Source of the DNA: Mobula hypostoma
Lineage: Eukaryota
Direction of reading: 5' to 3'
NCBI RefSeq assembly: GCF_963921235.1
Contig: NC_086101.1
Location: 7,070,001-7,134,000 of the forward strand
Length of the DNA: 64,000 nt
Both the position numbers and the translations under genes were made by a program. Of this stretch, positions 24,311 through 38,783 are shown one piece after another. Under the pieces are notes generated by a model. That model did not search any database. It was not told where the DNA came from and worked only from the letters and a program-made list of their open reading frames with translations. Numbering within the stretch: the stretch's first letter is position 1; each line of letters opens with the position of its first letter.

Positions 24311-27300
24311 TAGAAACATAGAAACAAAGCTATGCCGAAAATAACCTTACCTTAGAATTTACCAAGGTTTACCCATAGCCCTCGATTTTTCTAAGCTCCA
24401 TGTACCTATCCAGGAGTCTCTTCAATGCCCTATTATATCGACCTCCACCACCATCACCGGCAGCCCATTCCACTCACTCACCAATCTCTGCGTAAAAAAT
24501 TTACCCCTGACATCTCCTCTGTACCTACATCCAAGCACCTTAAAACTGTGCCCTTTCATGCCAGCTGTTTAAGTGCTGGGAGAAAGCCTCTGACTATCCA
24601 CACAATCAATGTCTCTCATCATCTTATACACATCTAGCAGGTCACCTCTCATCATCTGTTGCTCCAAGGAAAAAGTTCACTCAACCCATTCTCATAAGGC
24701 ATGCTCCCCAATCCAGGCAACCTCCTTGTAAATCTCCTCTGCAGCCTTTCTATGGTTTCCACATCCTTCCTGTAGTGAGGCGACCAGAAAGGAGCACAAT
24801 ACTCCAAGTGGGGTCTGACCAGAGTCTTATATAGCTACAAAATTACCCCTCGGCTCTTAAACTCAATCCCATGATTGGTGAAGGCCAATGCACCATATGC
24901 ATTCTTAACCACAGAGTCAACCTACGCAGCAGCTTTGAGTGTCCTATGGACTCGGACCACAAGATCCCTCTGATCCTCCACACTGCCAACACTTTTTTTC
25001 ATTAATACTACATTCCGCCATCATATTTGACCTACCAAAATGAACCAGCTCACTTGTATCTGGGTTGAACTCCATCTGCCACTTCTTAGCCCAGTTTTGC
25101 ATCCTATCAATGTCCCACTCTAATCTCTGACAGCCTACCACACCATCCACAACACCCCCAAACTTTGTGTCATCAGCAATTTACTAACCCATCCTTCCAC
25201 TTCCTCATCTCATTTATAATTTACAATATATTGAATATATTCATTCTTATTTATAGAAATCACAAAGAGTGGGGTCCCAGAACAGATCCCGGAGGCACAC
25301 CAATGGTCACTGATCTTCATGCAGAATATGAACCAGCTACAACAACTCTTTGCCTTCTGTGGGCAAGCCAAACCTGGATCCACAAAGCAATGTCCCCTTG
25401 GATCCCATGCCTCCTTACTTTCTCAAGTCTTTCATGGAGTACCTTATCAAATTCCTGGCTGAAATCCATATACACTACATCTACTGCTCCACCTTCAGCA
25501 ATGTGTTTAGCCACATCCTCAAAAACTTCAATCAGGGTCATAAGGCACGACCTGCCTTTACGAAAGCCATACTGACTATTCCTAATCATATTATGCCTCT
25601 CCAAATGTTCATAAATCCTGCCTCTCAGGATCTTTTCCATCAACTTACCAACCACTGAAGTAAGACTCACTGGTCGATAATTTCCTGGGCTATCTCTACT
25701 CCCCTTCATGAATAAGGGAACAACATCCGCAACCCTCCAATCCTCCGGAGCCTCTCCCGCCCCCATTGACAATGGAAAGATCATCACCAGAGGCTCAGCA
25801 ATCTCCTCCCTCACCTTCCACAATAGCCTGGGGTACACCTCATCAGTCCTGGTGACTTATCCATCTTGATGCTTTCCAAAAGCTCCAGCACATCCTTTTT
25901 TTTTCATATCTATATGCTCAAGCTTTTCAGTCCGCTGCAAGTCATCCCTACAAACACCAAGATCCTCTTCCGTAGTGATTACTGAAGCAAAGTATTCATT
26001 AAATACCTCTGCTATCTCCTCCTGTTCCATACACACTTTTCCACTGTCACATTTAATTGGTCCTATTCGCTCACGTCTTATCCTCTTGGTCTTCATATAT
26101 TTGTAGAGTGCTTTGGAGTTTTCCTTCATCCCGTACACCAAAGCCTTCTCATGGCCCCTTCTGGCTCTCCTAATTTCATTTTTATGCTTCTTCCTGCTAG
26201 CCTTATAATCCTGTAGATCTCTATCTTTACTTAGTTTTTTGAACCTTTCGTAAGCTCTTCTTTTCTTTTTGACTAAATTTACAACAGTCTTTGTACACCA
26301 TGGTTCCTGTACCCTACCATCCTTTCCCTGTCTCATTGGAACGTACCTACGCAGAACTCCATGCAAATATCCCTTGGACATTTGCCACATTTCCCTGAGA
26401 TCATCTGTTCCCAATTTATGCTTCCAACTTCCTACCTGATAGCCATATTTTCCCTTACTCTAATTAAACGCTTTCCTAACTTGTCTGTTCCTATCCCTCT
26501 CCAATGCTATGGTAAAGGAGATAGAATTGTGACAGCATCTCCAAAGTGCTCTCTCACTGAGAGATCTGACACCTGACCAGGTTCATTTCCCAATACCAGA
26601 TCAAGTACAGCCTCTCCTCTTGTAGGCTTATCTACGTATTGTGTAAAGAAACCTTCCTGAACACACCTAACAAACTCCACCCCATCTAAACCCCTTGCTC
26701 TAGGGAGATGCCAATCAATATTTGGGAAACTAAAATCTCCCATCACAACAACCCTGTTATTATTACACCTTTCCAGAACCCATCTCCCTATCTGCTCCTC
26801 GATGTCCCTGTTACTATTGGGTGGTCTACCAAAATCACACAGTAGAGTTATTGACCCCCTTCCTGTTCCTAACTTCCACCCACAGAGACTCCGTAGACAA
26901 TCCCTCCATGACTTCCACCTTTTCTGCAACCATGAAAATTTCTCTGACCACCTCCTTTGCCACCCTCCCTATCCTTTCTGAAACATCTAAAGCCTGGCAC
27001 TCAAAGTAACCATTCCTGCCCCTTAGCCATCCAAGTCTCTGTAAGGGCCACAATATCATAGCTCCAAGTACTGATCCACACTCTAAACCCATCTTCTTTG
27101 TTCATAATACTCCTTGCATTAGACACATCTCAAACCATCAGTCTGAGCGCATCCCTTCTTATCACCTGCCGATCCTCCCTCTCAAACCGTCCACAGGCTT
27201 TCTCTATTTGTGAGCCAACCGCCCCTTCCCCAGTCTCCTCAGTTCGGTTCCCACACCCCAGCAATTCTAATTTAAACTCTCCGCAGTAGCCTTATCAAAC

Positions 27301-27430
27301 CTCCCCACCAGGATATTGCTCCCCCTGGTATTCAAGTGCAACCTGTCTTTTTTGTACAGGTTACACCTACCCCAAAAGATTCCCAATGATCCAGAAATCT
27401 GAATCCCTGTCCCCTGCTCCAATCCCTCAG
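24311..27430 (-). mobile_element. Long degenerate CR1 nested in the previous CR1
   Basis: VVMGDFSFPNIDW, GNYRPVSLTSVVGK and YMDFSQEFDKV on the minus strand; tagaaacatagaaac tail at 24311. Confidence 0.9.
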
Positions 27431-28645
27431 CCGCTAAATAGGTTCACAAGGATGATTCCAGGAATGAAAGGATTATCATACGAGAAACGGTTGATGTCTC
27501 TGGGTCTGTACTCGCTGGAATTCAGAAGGATGAGGGGGGAATCTCATTGAAACTTTTCGAATGTTGAAAGACCTAGACAGAATAGATGTGGAAAGGATGT
27601 TTACCATGGTGGGAGAGTCTAGGACAAGAGGGCACAGCCTAAGGATACAGGGGCGCACTTTCAAAACAGAGATTCAGAGACATTTTTTTTTAGCCAGAAG
27701 ATGGTGAATTTGTGGAAGTTGTTGTCACATGCAGCTGAGAAGGCCAGGTCGTTGGGTGTATTTAAGCCAGAGATTGATAGGTTCTGGGGTTGAGGAGGAG
27801 AGAAAAAAAGGATCAGCCATGATTGAATGGCGGAGCAGACTCAATGGGCCAGATGACCCAATTCTGCTCCTGTGTCTTATGGTCTATCTGATTCAAAGCA
27901 GAGATTCTGGCTCTATTTGTCTCGTAATGTTCTGCCTGGGCAGTCTGCAACCTGTTATCATAAACATTGAATTCTCAAACTTTCGGTGGTCGCTCCCTCT
28001 CTGTCAATTTTCGTATTTAATTGTCTCTCTCCTCCTGATTCACCAGCCCCATCACCTTATCTCTTTCCCCTCCTCCCCCACTCTCTCCATTCCCCATCAC
28101 CCACACACTCCTCCCCACCTCCCTCCCTTTATTCCAGGCTCCACTTTCCCCTCCTGTCACATTCCAAAATCGTCAGCCCTTTGTCACTGACACCTCTCAC
28201 CTGCCAGTATCTGACACATTTCCACACCCCACCCCTCCCTCATCTACCTATCACCCCCTCACCTGGATCCACCCATCACCTGTCCATTTCCCTCCACATA
28301 TGTTACCTGACACGCTGGGAGACTCCGCCGCTTCGTGTGTTACCAACACTACATGTCCCGTGTTACCAAGATTCACCCTGACCTTCCTCTCCCAGTTAGC
28401 ACCACCACCACTTGTCCCAGTTACCCGGTCAGTCCCGGTGGACTTTAGCACCCGGGAGAACCGGGGAGCTCAGGACCCGCCACCCGCGGCTGCTGCTGAA
28501 TCCGCAGTGTTTCTGTTCCGTTGACGGATGCGGTGAACGAGTGAAGATTAATGGATCGATAATTCTGAAATCGTGTTTATTTCAGTCTCCGCACATTTAT
28601 ATTTACACTGACTTACTCCTGACGCCGGTCCCGGACCCGACCCGT

Positions 28646-29178
28646 TTACAGACCCGGAGCGGAACCGGAGCAGATTCTCAGCCACTGGTTTGGATATACA
28701 GTCCCGAATAAAGGATAAAGTTTCTCCGTGAATTTATTCCCAGTGAAGGTGTGGAGATGGGACTTGGTCTGCGCGTTGCAAAATGACACTGTCCCGGACT
28801 CGTAACTGAGATAAACTCCCACCCTCCCGGGGATGGGACCGGCAGGGAGACGGGATCGAGGGGAGGTGTGGACCTTCATCTCGTCATTAAACCGCCCGAT
28901 GATCCAGAATCCGGTCTCCGGACTCAGTGTGACCCCTCCCTTCCTCTCCACAGACTCTGCGGCGACTCCCAGAATCCAGCCCCGATTCCCCGTCACCTCC
29001 ACCTCCCAGTAATGTCTCCCCGATGTGAATCCCTCTGATCCCAGCACAAAAGCCCAGACTGTGAACCTCTTCCCGGTGTCAGGGAGATTCCTCCGGGTCC
29101 CGGTACATCTCACACTCTTCCGATCCTCAGACACCTCGAGCTCCGGTTGTGCCGTTTCCACATCCAGGGTGACAGAGA
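28646..29178 (-). CDS. TRIM gene exon 6: PRY-SPRY (B30.2) domain
   Basis: VTLDVETAQPELEVSEDRKSV, GFTSGRHYWEVEV, RVGVYLSYESGTVSF, EKLYPLF; acceptor ttctcccctcAG; stop at 28646. Confidence 0.93.
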
Positions 29179-29669
29179 CTGAGGGGAGAAGCAGAGAATT
29201 AGAGAGTCCCCGGGGATCGCGGGGAGACTCGGGCAGCGCGACCCCGGGACCGGGGGAGAGGCCGACAGGACCCTTTCCTGGGGTTTTACCCAAACACAGC
29301 GGATGGACAACCAGCATGTTTCCGAGAATTTCCTCGACATGGAGAGCGGATTTTCCTCGATCAACACACACAAAATTCTGGAGGATCTCAGCGGGTCGAG
29401 CAGCGTGTATTAAGGGAGATGTACAGTCGATGTTTCAAGCCGAGACCTTTCCTCAAAAATGGAAAGAAGGGCGGGGGTTAACAGTAGATAGATGTGAGGA
29501 ATGAGTGGAGCAACAGCTCGAAGAAGATAAGGTGAATGAACACTGGAGGCATTTAAAATGCAGGTAAGGCCGAATTCATTCGTGCCGACCAACTCATTTT
29601 AATGATCTAGTTCCATTTGCCTATATTGGGCATTACTCCTTTAATCCTTTCCTACACATGTACCTGTCC

Positions 29670-31150
29670 AAGCAACAAATACAAAATGCTGGAGGAACCC
29701 AGCACTCCAGGCAGCATCCATGGAAAAAAGTAAAGTCAACGTTTCGGCAGGACTGGAGAGAAAAGGCTGAGGAGTAGATTTAAAGGTGGGTGTCCGGAGG
29801 GAGGGAGAACCACCAGGTGATAGGTGAAACCCGGAGGAGGAGGGATGAAGTAATAAGCTAGGAAGTTGATTGGCAAAATGAGCTGAGAGGGGGAAAAGGG
29901 GATGGGAAATGGAGAAGGGGGAGGGGTGGTTTGGGGGCATTACAGGAAGTTTAAGATTAATGTTCTTGCCATCATGTTGGAGGCTCCCCAAGTGGAATAA
30001 AAGGTGTTGTTCCTCCAACCCAAGTGTGGCCTTATCCCGACAGTGGAGGACATATCAGAATGGGAATGGGAAATAGACACTGGGAGATCTCGTTCTGGCG
30101 GACGTAGCGTAGATGCTCGGCAAAGCAGTCTCCTGAACTACGTTGGGTCTCGCTGATATACAGGAGGCCACTTTGGGAACACCGGACACAGTACATAACC
30201 ACAACAGACTCAGGTCAAGTGTCACCTCAGCTGGAGGGACTGTTTAGGGCCCTGGATGGTAGTGAGAGAGAATGTGTAGAGGCAAGTGTAGAACTTGTTC
30301 CGCTTGCAAGGATCAGTGCCAGGAGGGAGATCTGTGGGGAGGGACAAACAGACAAGGGAATTGCATGGGGCAGGAGGGAAAGATGTAATTGGTGGTGGGA
30401 TCTCATTGGATATGGCAGAAGTTTTGGAGAATTATTTGCTGAACACAGAGGCTGGCGGGATGGTAGTTGAGGACAACAGGAACCCTATTCCTGGTAGGGT
30501 GGCGGAGGATAGGCTAAGAGAAGACGTGCATAAAATGGAAGAGATGCATTTGAGGGCAGTGTTGATGGTGGCGGAAGGGAAACCCCTTTCTATGAAAAAG
30601 GAGGATATTTCCTTCATTCTAGAATGAAAAGCCTCATCCTGAGAGCAGATGTGGTGGAGACGGAGGGGTTCAGAGAAAGAAATGGCATTTTTACAGGTAG
30701 CAGGGTGGGAGGAGGTATAGTCCAGGTCACTGTGAGAGTCCATTGGTTTATAATGGATAGTTGTCTCTTGAGATAGAGACAGAGAGATCAAGAAGGGGAA
30801 GGGAGGTATCAGAAATGGACCAGAAATGGGCAGGGTGAAAGCTGGAGGCAAAGTCGATGAAGTTGACGGGTTCAGCATGGGTGCAGGAAGCAGCACCAAT
30901 GCAGTCATCAGTGTTGTGTAGGGGAAGTGTGGGATGGTCACCAGTGTGGGCTTGGAACACAGACTGTTCCATGTAGCCAACAATTAGGCATAGCTGGACC
31001 CATGGCTCCACCTTTTGTCTAAATGAAGTGGGAGGAGCCAAAGGAGAATTTATTGAGAGTGAGGATGAGTTCCGCTAAGCAGAGGAGAGTGGCGGTAGAG
31101 AGGAGCTGGTTAGCTCTGGTGTCCAGAAAAAAATGGAGAGCTTTGAGGCC
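29670..31150 (-). mobile_element. Penelope-like element fragment (RT C-terminus, GIY-YIG, terminal repeat) in the TRIM intron
   Basis: YKPMDSHSDLDYTSSHP..CKNAISFS and PFLDLSVSIS-like motifs. Confidence 0.8.
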
Positions 31151-31171
31151 TTTCCTGTCCCAATGTCTTTT

Positions 31172-31826
31172 ACATAGAAACATAGAAAATAGATGCAGGA
31201 GTAGGCCATTCGGCCCTTCAAGCCTGCACCGCCATTTATTATGATCACGGCTGATCATCCAACTTAGAACCCTGCACCAGCCTTCCCTCCATACCCTCTG
31301 ATCCCCGTAGCCACAAGAGCCATATCTAACTCCCTCTTAAATATAGCCAATGAACTGGCCTCAACTGTTTCCTGTGGCATAGAATTCCACAGATTCACCA
31401 CTCTCTGTGTGAAGAAGTTTTTCCTAATCTTGGTCCTAAAAGGCTTCCCCTTTATCCTCAAACTGTGACCCCTCGTTCTGGACTTCCCTAACATCGGGAA
31501 CAATCTTCCTGCATCTAGCCTGTCCAATCCCTTTAGGATTTTATACGTTTCAATCAGATCCCCCCTCAACCTTCTAAATTCCAACGAGTACAAGCCCAGT
31601 TCATCCAGTCTTTCATCATATGAAAGTCCTGCCATCCCAGGAATCAATCTGGTGAACATTCTTTGTACTCCCTCTATGACAAGGATGTCTTTCTTCAGAT
31701 TAGGGGACCAAAACTGCACAGAATACTCCAGGTGTGGTCTCACCAAGGCCTTGTACAACTGCAGTAGTACCTCCCTGCTCCTGTACTTGAATCCTCTTGC
31801 TATAAATGCCAGCATACCATTCGCCT
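31172..31826 (-). mobile_element. Young CR1 3' end
   Basis: LYKALVRPHLEY...RVVNLWNSMP; (CATAGAAA)n tail; near-identical to 34050-34733 and 59186-59521. Confidence 0.92.
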
Positions 31827-31899
31827 GTAACGAAACTGTAATGAAAACCAATTTCCCCCGGGATCAATATAGTATGTCAATAAACAATAAACAGTCAAT

Positions 31900-32495
31900 A
31901 AATGGAAGTACTGAGTACAGGAGATGGGATGTTATGCTGAAGTTGTATGAGATGTTGGTGAGGTCTAATCTGGGGTATTGTGTGCAGTTTTGGTCACCTA
32001 CCTGCAAGAAACATGTAAATAAGGATGAAAGAGAACAGAGAACATTTACAGGGATGTTGCTTGGACTGGAGGACCTGATTTATAAGGAAAGATTGAACAG
32101 GTTAAGACTTTATTCCTTGTAATGTAGAAGGCTGAGGGGAGATGGAGAGGTATACAAAATTATGAGGAGAGTAAATGCAAATGGTGGGTAGGACTGCAAC
32201 TGGAGGTCATGTGTGAGGGTGAAAGGTGAAAAGTTTAAGGGGAACATGAGGGGAAACTTCTTCACTCAGAGGGTTGTGAAGAGTGTGGAATGAGCTGCCA
32301 GTGCAGGTGATACATGTAAACTCGATTTCAATGTTCAAGAGAAGTTTGGACAGGTACATGGATTGCAGAGGTGTTGAGGGTTATGGTCACGGTGCAGGTC
32401 GATGGGAGTAGGCAGTTTAAATGTGATGGCATGAACCGGATGGGCCAAAGGGCCTGTTTCTGTGTTCTACTTTTCTGTCACTCTCTGACTCTAGT
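31900..32495 (+). mobile_element. Older CR1 3' end
   Basis: LVRSNLGYCVQFWSP motif; tail ctctctgactcta. Confidence 0.8.
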
Positions 32496-34047
32496 ACAAA
32501 AACAAACTGGTTAGGAAGTTAATTGGTCATTGTAAAATCTCCTTTGATTAAGCTAGTGTTGAAGAGCGACTGTTGCTGGGTGGAGCAGGTCATTGGTCTG
32601 GGACGGCCTGTTTCACACTGTATCTAAATAAATAAATAACCTCTTCACTGTCCATGAAACCACCAATTTTAGAGTCCTCCACAAACCTACTAAACATGTC
32701 ACCTACATTCTCTCCAAATCATTCATAAAAATGATGAAAAACAGTGGACCCAGCACCGATCCCTGCAGCACAACCACTGGTCACAGGACTCCACCCAGAC
32801 AATTCTGTATCCTATTCCAGATCGTACTGTATCCCATGTGATCTAACTCTCTGCTACCTTGTCAAATCCCTCGCTAAACTCCATGGAGACGATGTCTACT
32901 GCACTTTCATCAGCTGTAATTTATTTATTGAGATACAGCACGGAATAGGCCCTTCCGGCCCTTTGACCCCCACCACCCAGAAACCCCTGATTTAATCCGA
33001 GCCTGACCATGGGACAAGTTACAATGACCCCCACCATCCAGAAACCCCTGATTTAATCTGAGCCTAACAACTGGATAATTGAACTGTGGGAGGAACTGGA
33101 GCACCTCGAGGAAACCCACACATTCACGGGGAGAATGTACCAGGGAAGTCCAGTCCATAAGCCGAACATCAGTGGTGGGAAAGTTTCTGAGAGACAGGAT
33201 CAAACAGCATTTGGAAAGACGAGGACTGATCAGGGACAGTCAGCACGGCGTTGTGCATGGAAAATCACGTCTCACAAATTCCAGTTTGTTGAAGAGGTGA
33301 CAGAGAGGATTGACCAGGACAGGGTGGTAGACATTGTCCACATGAACTTCACCAAGGCCTTTGATGTTGATCATAGACCACACTTGAAGTTTGTGTGCAT
33401 TTCTGGGTCCCCGACTCTGGGAAGGATGTCATTACAGGAAGATGTTACCAGGGCTGGAGGGCTTGGGTTAAAAGGAGAGACTGGATAAGCTGGGGCTATT
33501 TACCTGGAGCGTCGGATGTTGAGGGGGGGCCCCTTTTCAAGGTACATAAAATCATGAGATCAGATGTAAAGTGCATACACCTGGTCTCTTTCCCCAGAAT
33601 AACAGAGGGCAGAGATTGAAGAGAAAGTTTTTTAAGCAATCTGTGAGGGAAGTGGGTACATGTGGAATTTTCTGTCAGAGGAAGCTGTAGAAACCGGTAT
33701 AATTAATACATTTTATAATAAATTTAGACAGGTACATGGATAGGAAATGGTTAGAGGAATATGGGACAAGCACACGGAAATGTGTCTGTTTTTCTGTTGA
33801 TGTGTTCCACTTTGATGGTGCATTTGGATATGTGTCACTGTGTGAGTGTGTGTTGGTTGTGGTAAATATCAGCGAGTGTGTGTTCACATTGAAGGTGAGG
33901 GTGCACATTGAAGTATTGTATGTTACAGTGTGTCTTCACATGTCCAGTGTATGTTGAAAATGTGTGACATGTGTGTGAATTCAGCAAGTAAAAACCATTC
34001 ACTGTGTCTGAAGAGAGAGAATGGTTTCCATGTCACTGAGGGAAATA

Positions 34048-35548
34048 ACATAGAAACATAGAAAATAGGTGCAGGAGTAGGCCATTCGGCCCTTCGAGCC
34101 TGCACCGCCATTTATTATGATCATGGCTGATCATCCAACTCAGAACCCAGCCTTCCCTCCATACCCCCTGACCCCTGTAGCCACAAGGGCCATATCTAAC
34201 TTCCTTTTAAACATAGCTAATGAACTGGCCTCAACAGTTTGCTGTGGCAGAGAATTCCACAGATTCACCACTCTCTGTGTGAAGAAGTTTTTCCTAACCT
34301 CGGTCCTAAAAGGCTTCCCCTCTATCCTCAAAATTTGACCCCTCGTTCTAGACCTCCCCAACATCGGGAACAATCTTCCCGCATCTAGCCTGTCCAATCC
34401 CTTTAGGATCTTATACGTTTCAATCAGATCCCCCCTCAATCTTCTAAATTCCAATGAGTACAAGCCCAGTTCATCCAGTCTTTCTTCATATGAAAGACCT
34501 GCCATCCCAGGAATCAATCTGGTGAACCTTCTTTGTACTCCCTCTATGGCAAGGATGTCTTTCCTCAGATTAGGGGACCAAAACTGCACACAATACTCCA
34601 GGTGTGGTCTCACCAAGGCCTTGTACAACTGCAGTAGTACCTCCCTGCTCCTGTACTCGAATCCTCTTGCTATAAATGCCAGCATACCGTTCGCCTTTTT
34701 CACCGCCTGCTGTACCTGCATGCCCACTTTCAATGACTGGTGTATAATGACACCCAGGTCTCATTGCACCTCCCCTTTTCCTAATCGGCCACCATTCAGA
34801 TAATAATCTGTTTTCCTATTTTTGCCACCAAAGTGGATAACTTCACATTTATCCACATTAAATTGCATCTGCCATGAGTTTGCCCACTCACCCAACCTAT
34901 CCAAGTCACCCTGCATCCTCTTAGCATCCTCCTCACTGCTAACACTGCCACCCAGCTTCGTGTCATCTGCAAACTTGGAGATGCTGCATTTAATTCCCTC
35001 ATCCAAGTCATTAATATATATTGTAAACAACTGGGGTCCCAGCACTGAGCCTTGCGGTACCCCACTAGTCACCGCCTGCCATTCTGAAAAGGTCCCGTTT
35101 ATTCCCACTCTTTGCTTCCTGTCTGCTAACCAATTCTCCACCCACACCAATACCTTACCCCCAATACCGTGTGCTTTAAGTTTGCACACTAATCTCCTGT
35201 GTGGGACCTTGTCAAAAGCCTTTTGAAAATCCAAATATACCACATCCACTGGTTCTCCCCTATCCACTCTACTAGTTACATCCTCAAAAAATTCTATGAG
35301 ATTCGTCAGACATGATTTTCCTTTCACAAATCCATGCTGACTTTGTCCGATCATTTCACCGCTTTCCAAATGTGCTGTTATCACATCCTTGATAACTGAC
35401 TCCAGCAGTTTCCCCACCACCGACGTTAGGCTAACCGGCCTATAATTCCCCGGTTTCTCTCTCCCTCCTTTTTTAAAAAGTGGGGTTACATTAGCCACCC
35501 TCCAATCCTCAGGAACTAGTCCAGAATCTAACGAGTTTTGAAAAATTA
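34048..35548 (-). mobile_element. Young CR1, RT domain and 3' end nearly intact
   Basis: ORFs 34761-35498 and 34140-34733 with GVPQGSVLGP and KFADD; (CATAGAAA)n tail. Confidence 0.95.
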
Positions 35549-35707
35549 CAATGTATAATGCTGAGGCCCTGACTATAATCTGACAATCCTTCTAGTTTAT
35601 GTGTGTGAGCGAGATTTGCCAGACCAGTTATGCTGTGTGGGCTTCTCCCATCGTTTACCGAGGTCAATGCTGATCGGTGTGTCCGGGTGCAGTCTGACAA
35701 TGCTTCA

Positions 35708-36165
35708 AGGCCACATCGGGAGCACCGGACGCAGTGTATCACCCCAGCCGACTCACAGGTGAAGTGTCGCCTCACCTGGAAGGACTGTTTGGGGCCCTGA
35801 ATGGTGGTAAGGGAGGAAGTGTAAGGGCATGTGTAGCACTTGTTCCGCTTACAAGGATAAGTGCCAGGAGGGAGATCAGTGGGGAGGGATGGGGGGGGGG
35901 GGACAAATGGACAAGGGAGTGGCGTAGGGAGCGATCCCTGCAGAAAGCAGAGTAGTGGGGAGGGAAAGATGTGCTTAGTGGTGGGATGCCGTTGGAGGTG
36001 GCGGAAGTTACGGAGAATAATATGTTGGACCCGGAGGCTGGTGGGGTGGTAGGTGAGGACCAGGGGAACCCTATTCCTAGTGGGGTGGCGGGAGGATGGA
36101 GTGAGAGCAGATGTGCGTGAAATGGGGGAGATGCGATTGAGAGCAGAGTTGATGGTGGAGGAATG
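35708..36165 (-). mobile_element. Penelope-like fragment
   Basis: RVPLVLTYHP...CKRNKCYTC...FTCESAGVIHCVRCSRCG. Confidence 0.82.
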
Positions 36166-36417
36166 CATTGACATGTTTTTTCCAGTATGAATGGGATCAG
36201 GATGCTGTGGTTCATCTAACAGTCCCGTGAATTGGTTATATTTTGCCCCAGTGTTGGTGTGTTCAGGGGTCTGACTTCTCCAGATGATCATGTGACAGTG
36301 ATGTCTCCCTACAGGTGGGGTTGTTGCCGGAATAAACTTCACTTCCCCTTCAGCCAAATTTTGTGTCTAATTATTAATTGTGTCTGAAATAAGGGCAGAT
36401 GAATCTGTATGTTTTAC

Positions 36418-36536
36418 CTTGCTTAATACCATCAAACGCTTCTCCCAACGTTATGTTGAACAAATAGGGGTGGTAGAATTTTTCAGACAGTAGGGCACCA
36501 TCTGTCACTGACAATATCTGGGCATCATCACTGATC
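36418..36536 (-). CDS. TRIM gene exon 5 (119 bp)
   Basis: tttacAG|GATCAGT...AAGCAAG|GTaaaa; reads ISDDAQILSVTDGALLSEKFYHPYLFNITLGEAFDGIKQ; phase fits exons 4 and 6. Confidence 0.85.
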
Positions 36537-36632
36537 CTGTAAATATTATACATGTAGTTATAAACTGAGCATCAGTAATATTTGAACTATTTTACAAATC
36601 CATACAGAGTTTCAGTATAGACCATGTCCTAC

Positions 36633-36655
36633 CTCCTCTTCCGATGAGCTTCCTC
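36633..36655 (-). CDS. TRIM gene exon 4 (23-bp micro-exon)
   Basis: atttcAG|GAGGAAGCTCATCGGAAGAGGAG|GTagg (EEAHRKR); the 23-bp exon is typical of B30.2 TRIMs. Confidence 0.85.
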
Positions 36656-38147
36656 CTGAAATAAATCAAACACAGATCTCAACTGACTGAGACTGACCAT
36701 TGGCATCGCAATATCAGGAATCTGAGCCAAGTTATTAAAAGCTGCCTGGAGCTGAGGAGGATGATGGCGCTTAACAACGACTGCTTTGCTAGCATCTCCG
36801 GAAACAGCTCTATTTCTATCTTTAGTATCTCTATTTTTCCTGGAGTTACACGCTGCTTTCGGTTCTTTGCGGGAATGAGACCCAGTCTCGGGGTCTCACG
36901 ACTGGCCGCTGTTCAATATATTGAGGATGCGGCCTGGAAGACTAGCACGCCTTCAAGTTCCGAGATTATGTGACTTTGGAGGTGGGCAGACTCGAGGTCA
37001 GTGCCTCTGCAGGGAATCGTTGTGTCGTGGGAGATGGAAGATCGAAAGCAACAAGCTGGCTGCTGGCTGTGTGACCAGAGACCTGAGTCCTTTTGGCACA
37101 GAGCTTGAAAAAAAACAATGCAGCACACTTTTAACATTGTAAATCAGTGAGTTGTTTGTTATGTTTTCCCTCTCGCTGTGAAATGGGTCATCTCTTTTTC
37201 CCTTTACAGGGACAGAGAGCCTGTGTTATGCTGAATCACTGGGTGAGTGAGTAGTCTTTGGGGTACTGCAAGTCTGTGTCTTTATATTGATGCTTTACTG
37301 CACGCTTGAGTGCTCGGTAGAGGGTGCTGATGCTTTTTTGCTGATGAGGGAGGGTGGGTGGTCGTTGTCTTGCTACTGCTTATGCGTGGAAGGGCGTAGC
37401 TGGGGCTGCTTTGAGGTTCTAATATTTAACTCATTCATTCTTTGGGGCATACCTTCATTTTTGTGGATGTTTGTGAAGAAAAAGAATTTCAGGATGTGTA
37501 TTGTATACATTTCTCTGACATTAAATGTACCTTTGAAAATTTGAAAACTCCCACTAATCTCATGGAGAAAGAGGAACACAGAACCACAGGAGAAAGTACA
37601 AGGAATGTTTATGAAAATTATACCATGACTGAGAGGATGGATCTTACAGGAGAGACTGGACAGGTTGTGCATTTTTATCTGGATACGCTGTCAGGGAAGA
37701 TCAGATGGCGGAATTTAACATTCCAAATGGATTTGATGGGGTGTAAGTGGAGAAAATATTTCTGTTTTTATGACACCAAAAGACAAAGATAAAACAACAT
37801 TTGGTTGTTAACAAATCCTACAAGAAATGTGGTGAAGAGAATATCAGAAACACACTCATAACCTGTGATGTTAATTGGGAGTTACTCTGAGTATCAGGGG
37901 ATATTATACGTGGGAATCACAGAAATGATCACCAGCTCAGTGCTCTGATCAGTGTAACTCATTCCCGAGAAGGTTGCAGACTGTCCTGCGATGTACAGAC
38001 GTTGTGAGAGGCCGGTTTGGGACAATGATAATTCTGAACAGTCAGGACGTCTACATGGTGGAAATCAGTTTACAACAACTGTATTTGAGAAAAAATACAT
38101 CATTTTGTGACTGTGCACTTTTACAGAAACAAACTGAAATCTCTCAC

Positions 38148-38381
38148 CATGAGGAATGTGATATTTTCTTGTTGATCCATCTGTTCCTGTAACTTTGAGA
38201 TTTCCTTCTGGATAGAATTTAAATTCTCTTGAATCTCTCGAAGATTTTTTTCCATTGGATTCAGAATCCTCTCCTCTTCTTCCCTGAGATCTCAGAGTGC
38301 ACGCTGCTCTTTCTCTGTGAGAACCCAGCGCAGTTCAGCAAAATGGGATGTGATCTGGGACTGAAGGCTGTGTGACTGTTC
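38148..38381 (-). CDS. TRIM gene exon 3 (234 bp, coiled coil) containing a premature TGA
   Basis: gacAG|GAACAG...CTCATG|GTgag; EQSHSLQSQITSHFAELRWVLTEKEQRAL*DLREEEERIL...; TGA at 38292-38294. Confidence 0.88.
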
Positions 38382-38783
38382 CTGTCAATGAAAGGAGAGG
38401 CTGGTTTACTATTTGAAACTAGTGTTGTATTTCCTTCTGACATGGAAGGTAACCATTCAGCCCATTAATGTTTCTGCTGGTTTTCAGAACAATCCCCTCC
38501 GTCACATTCCCCCACATCTCCCTGAAATATATACTCTGTCTCTGACCCACTGACTCCGACCTGATTCACAAACCACCCAACTTACAGTAGCCAATTTACC
38601 GTTCAACCATGCAATGTCGGTTAAAGGAAGGTACTGGTTACAGGGAGAACATGCAAACTCCACGCGGACAGCTCCAGGGGTCGGGATCTTTCCCAGGTTA
38701 CTGGAGCTGCGATACTCTGCTATTCTGCATTGAAGGAAACAAAACTATGCAGCGAATTTGTAAATTCTGCTCAGGAGACTCAC

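Noticed and set aside
29179..29371. N-terminal extension of the PRY-SPRY ORF as a standalone gene
   Set aside because: A strong acceptor at 29179-29180 fits exon 5 in phase, so the extension is intronic
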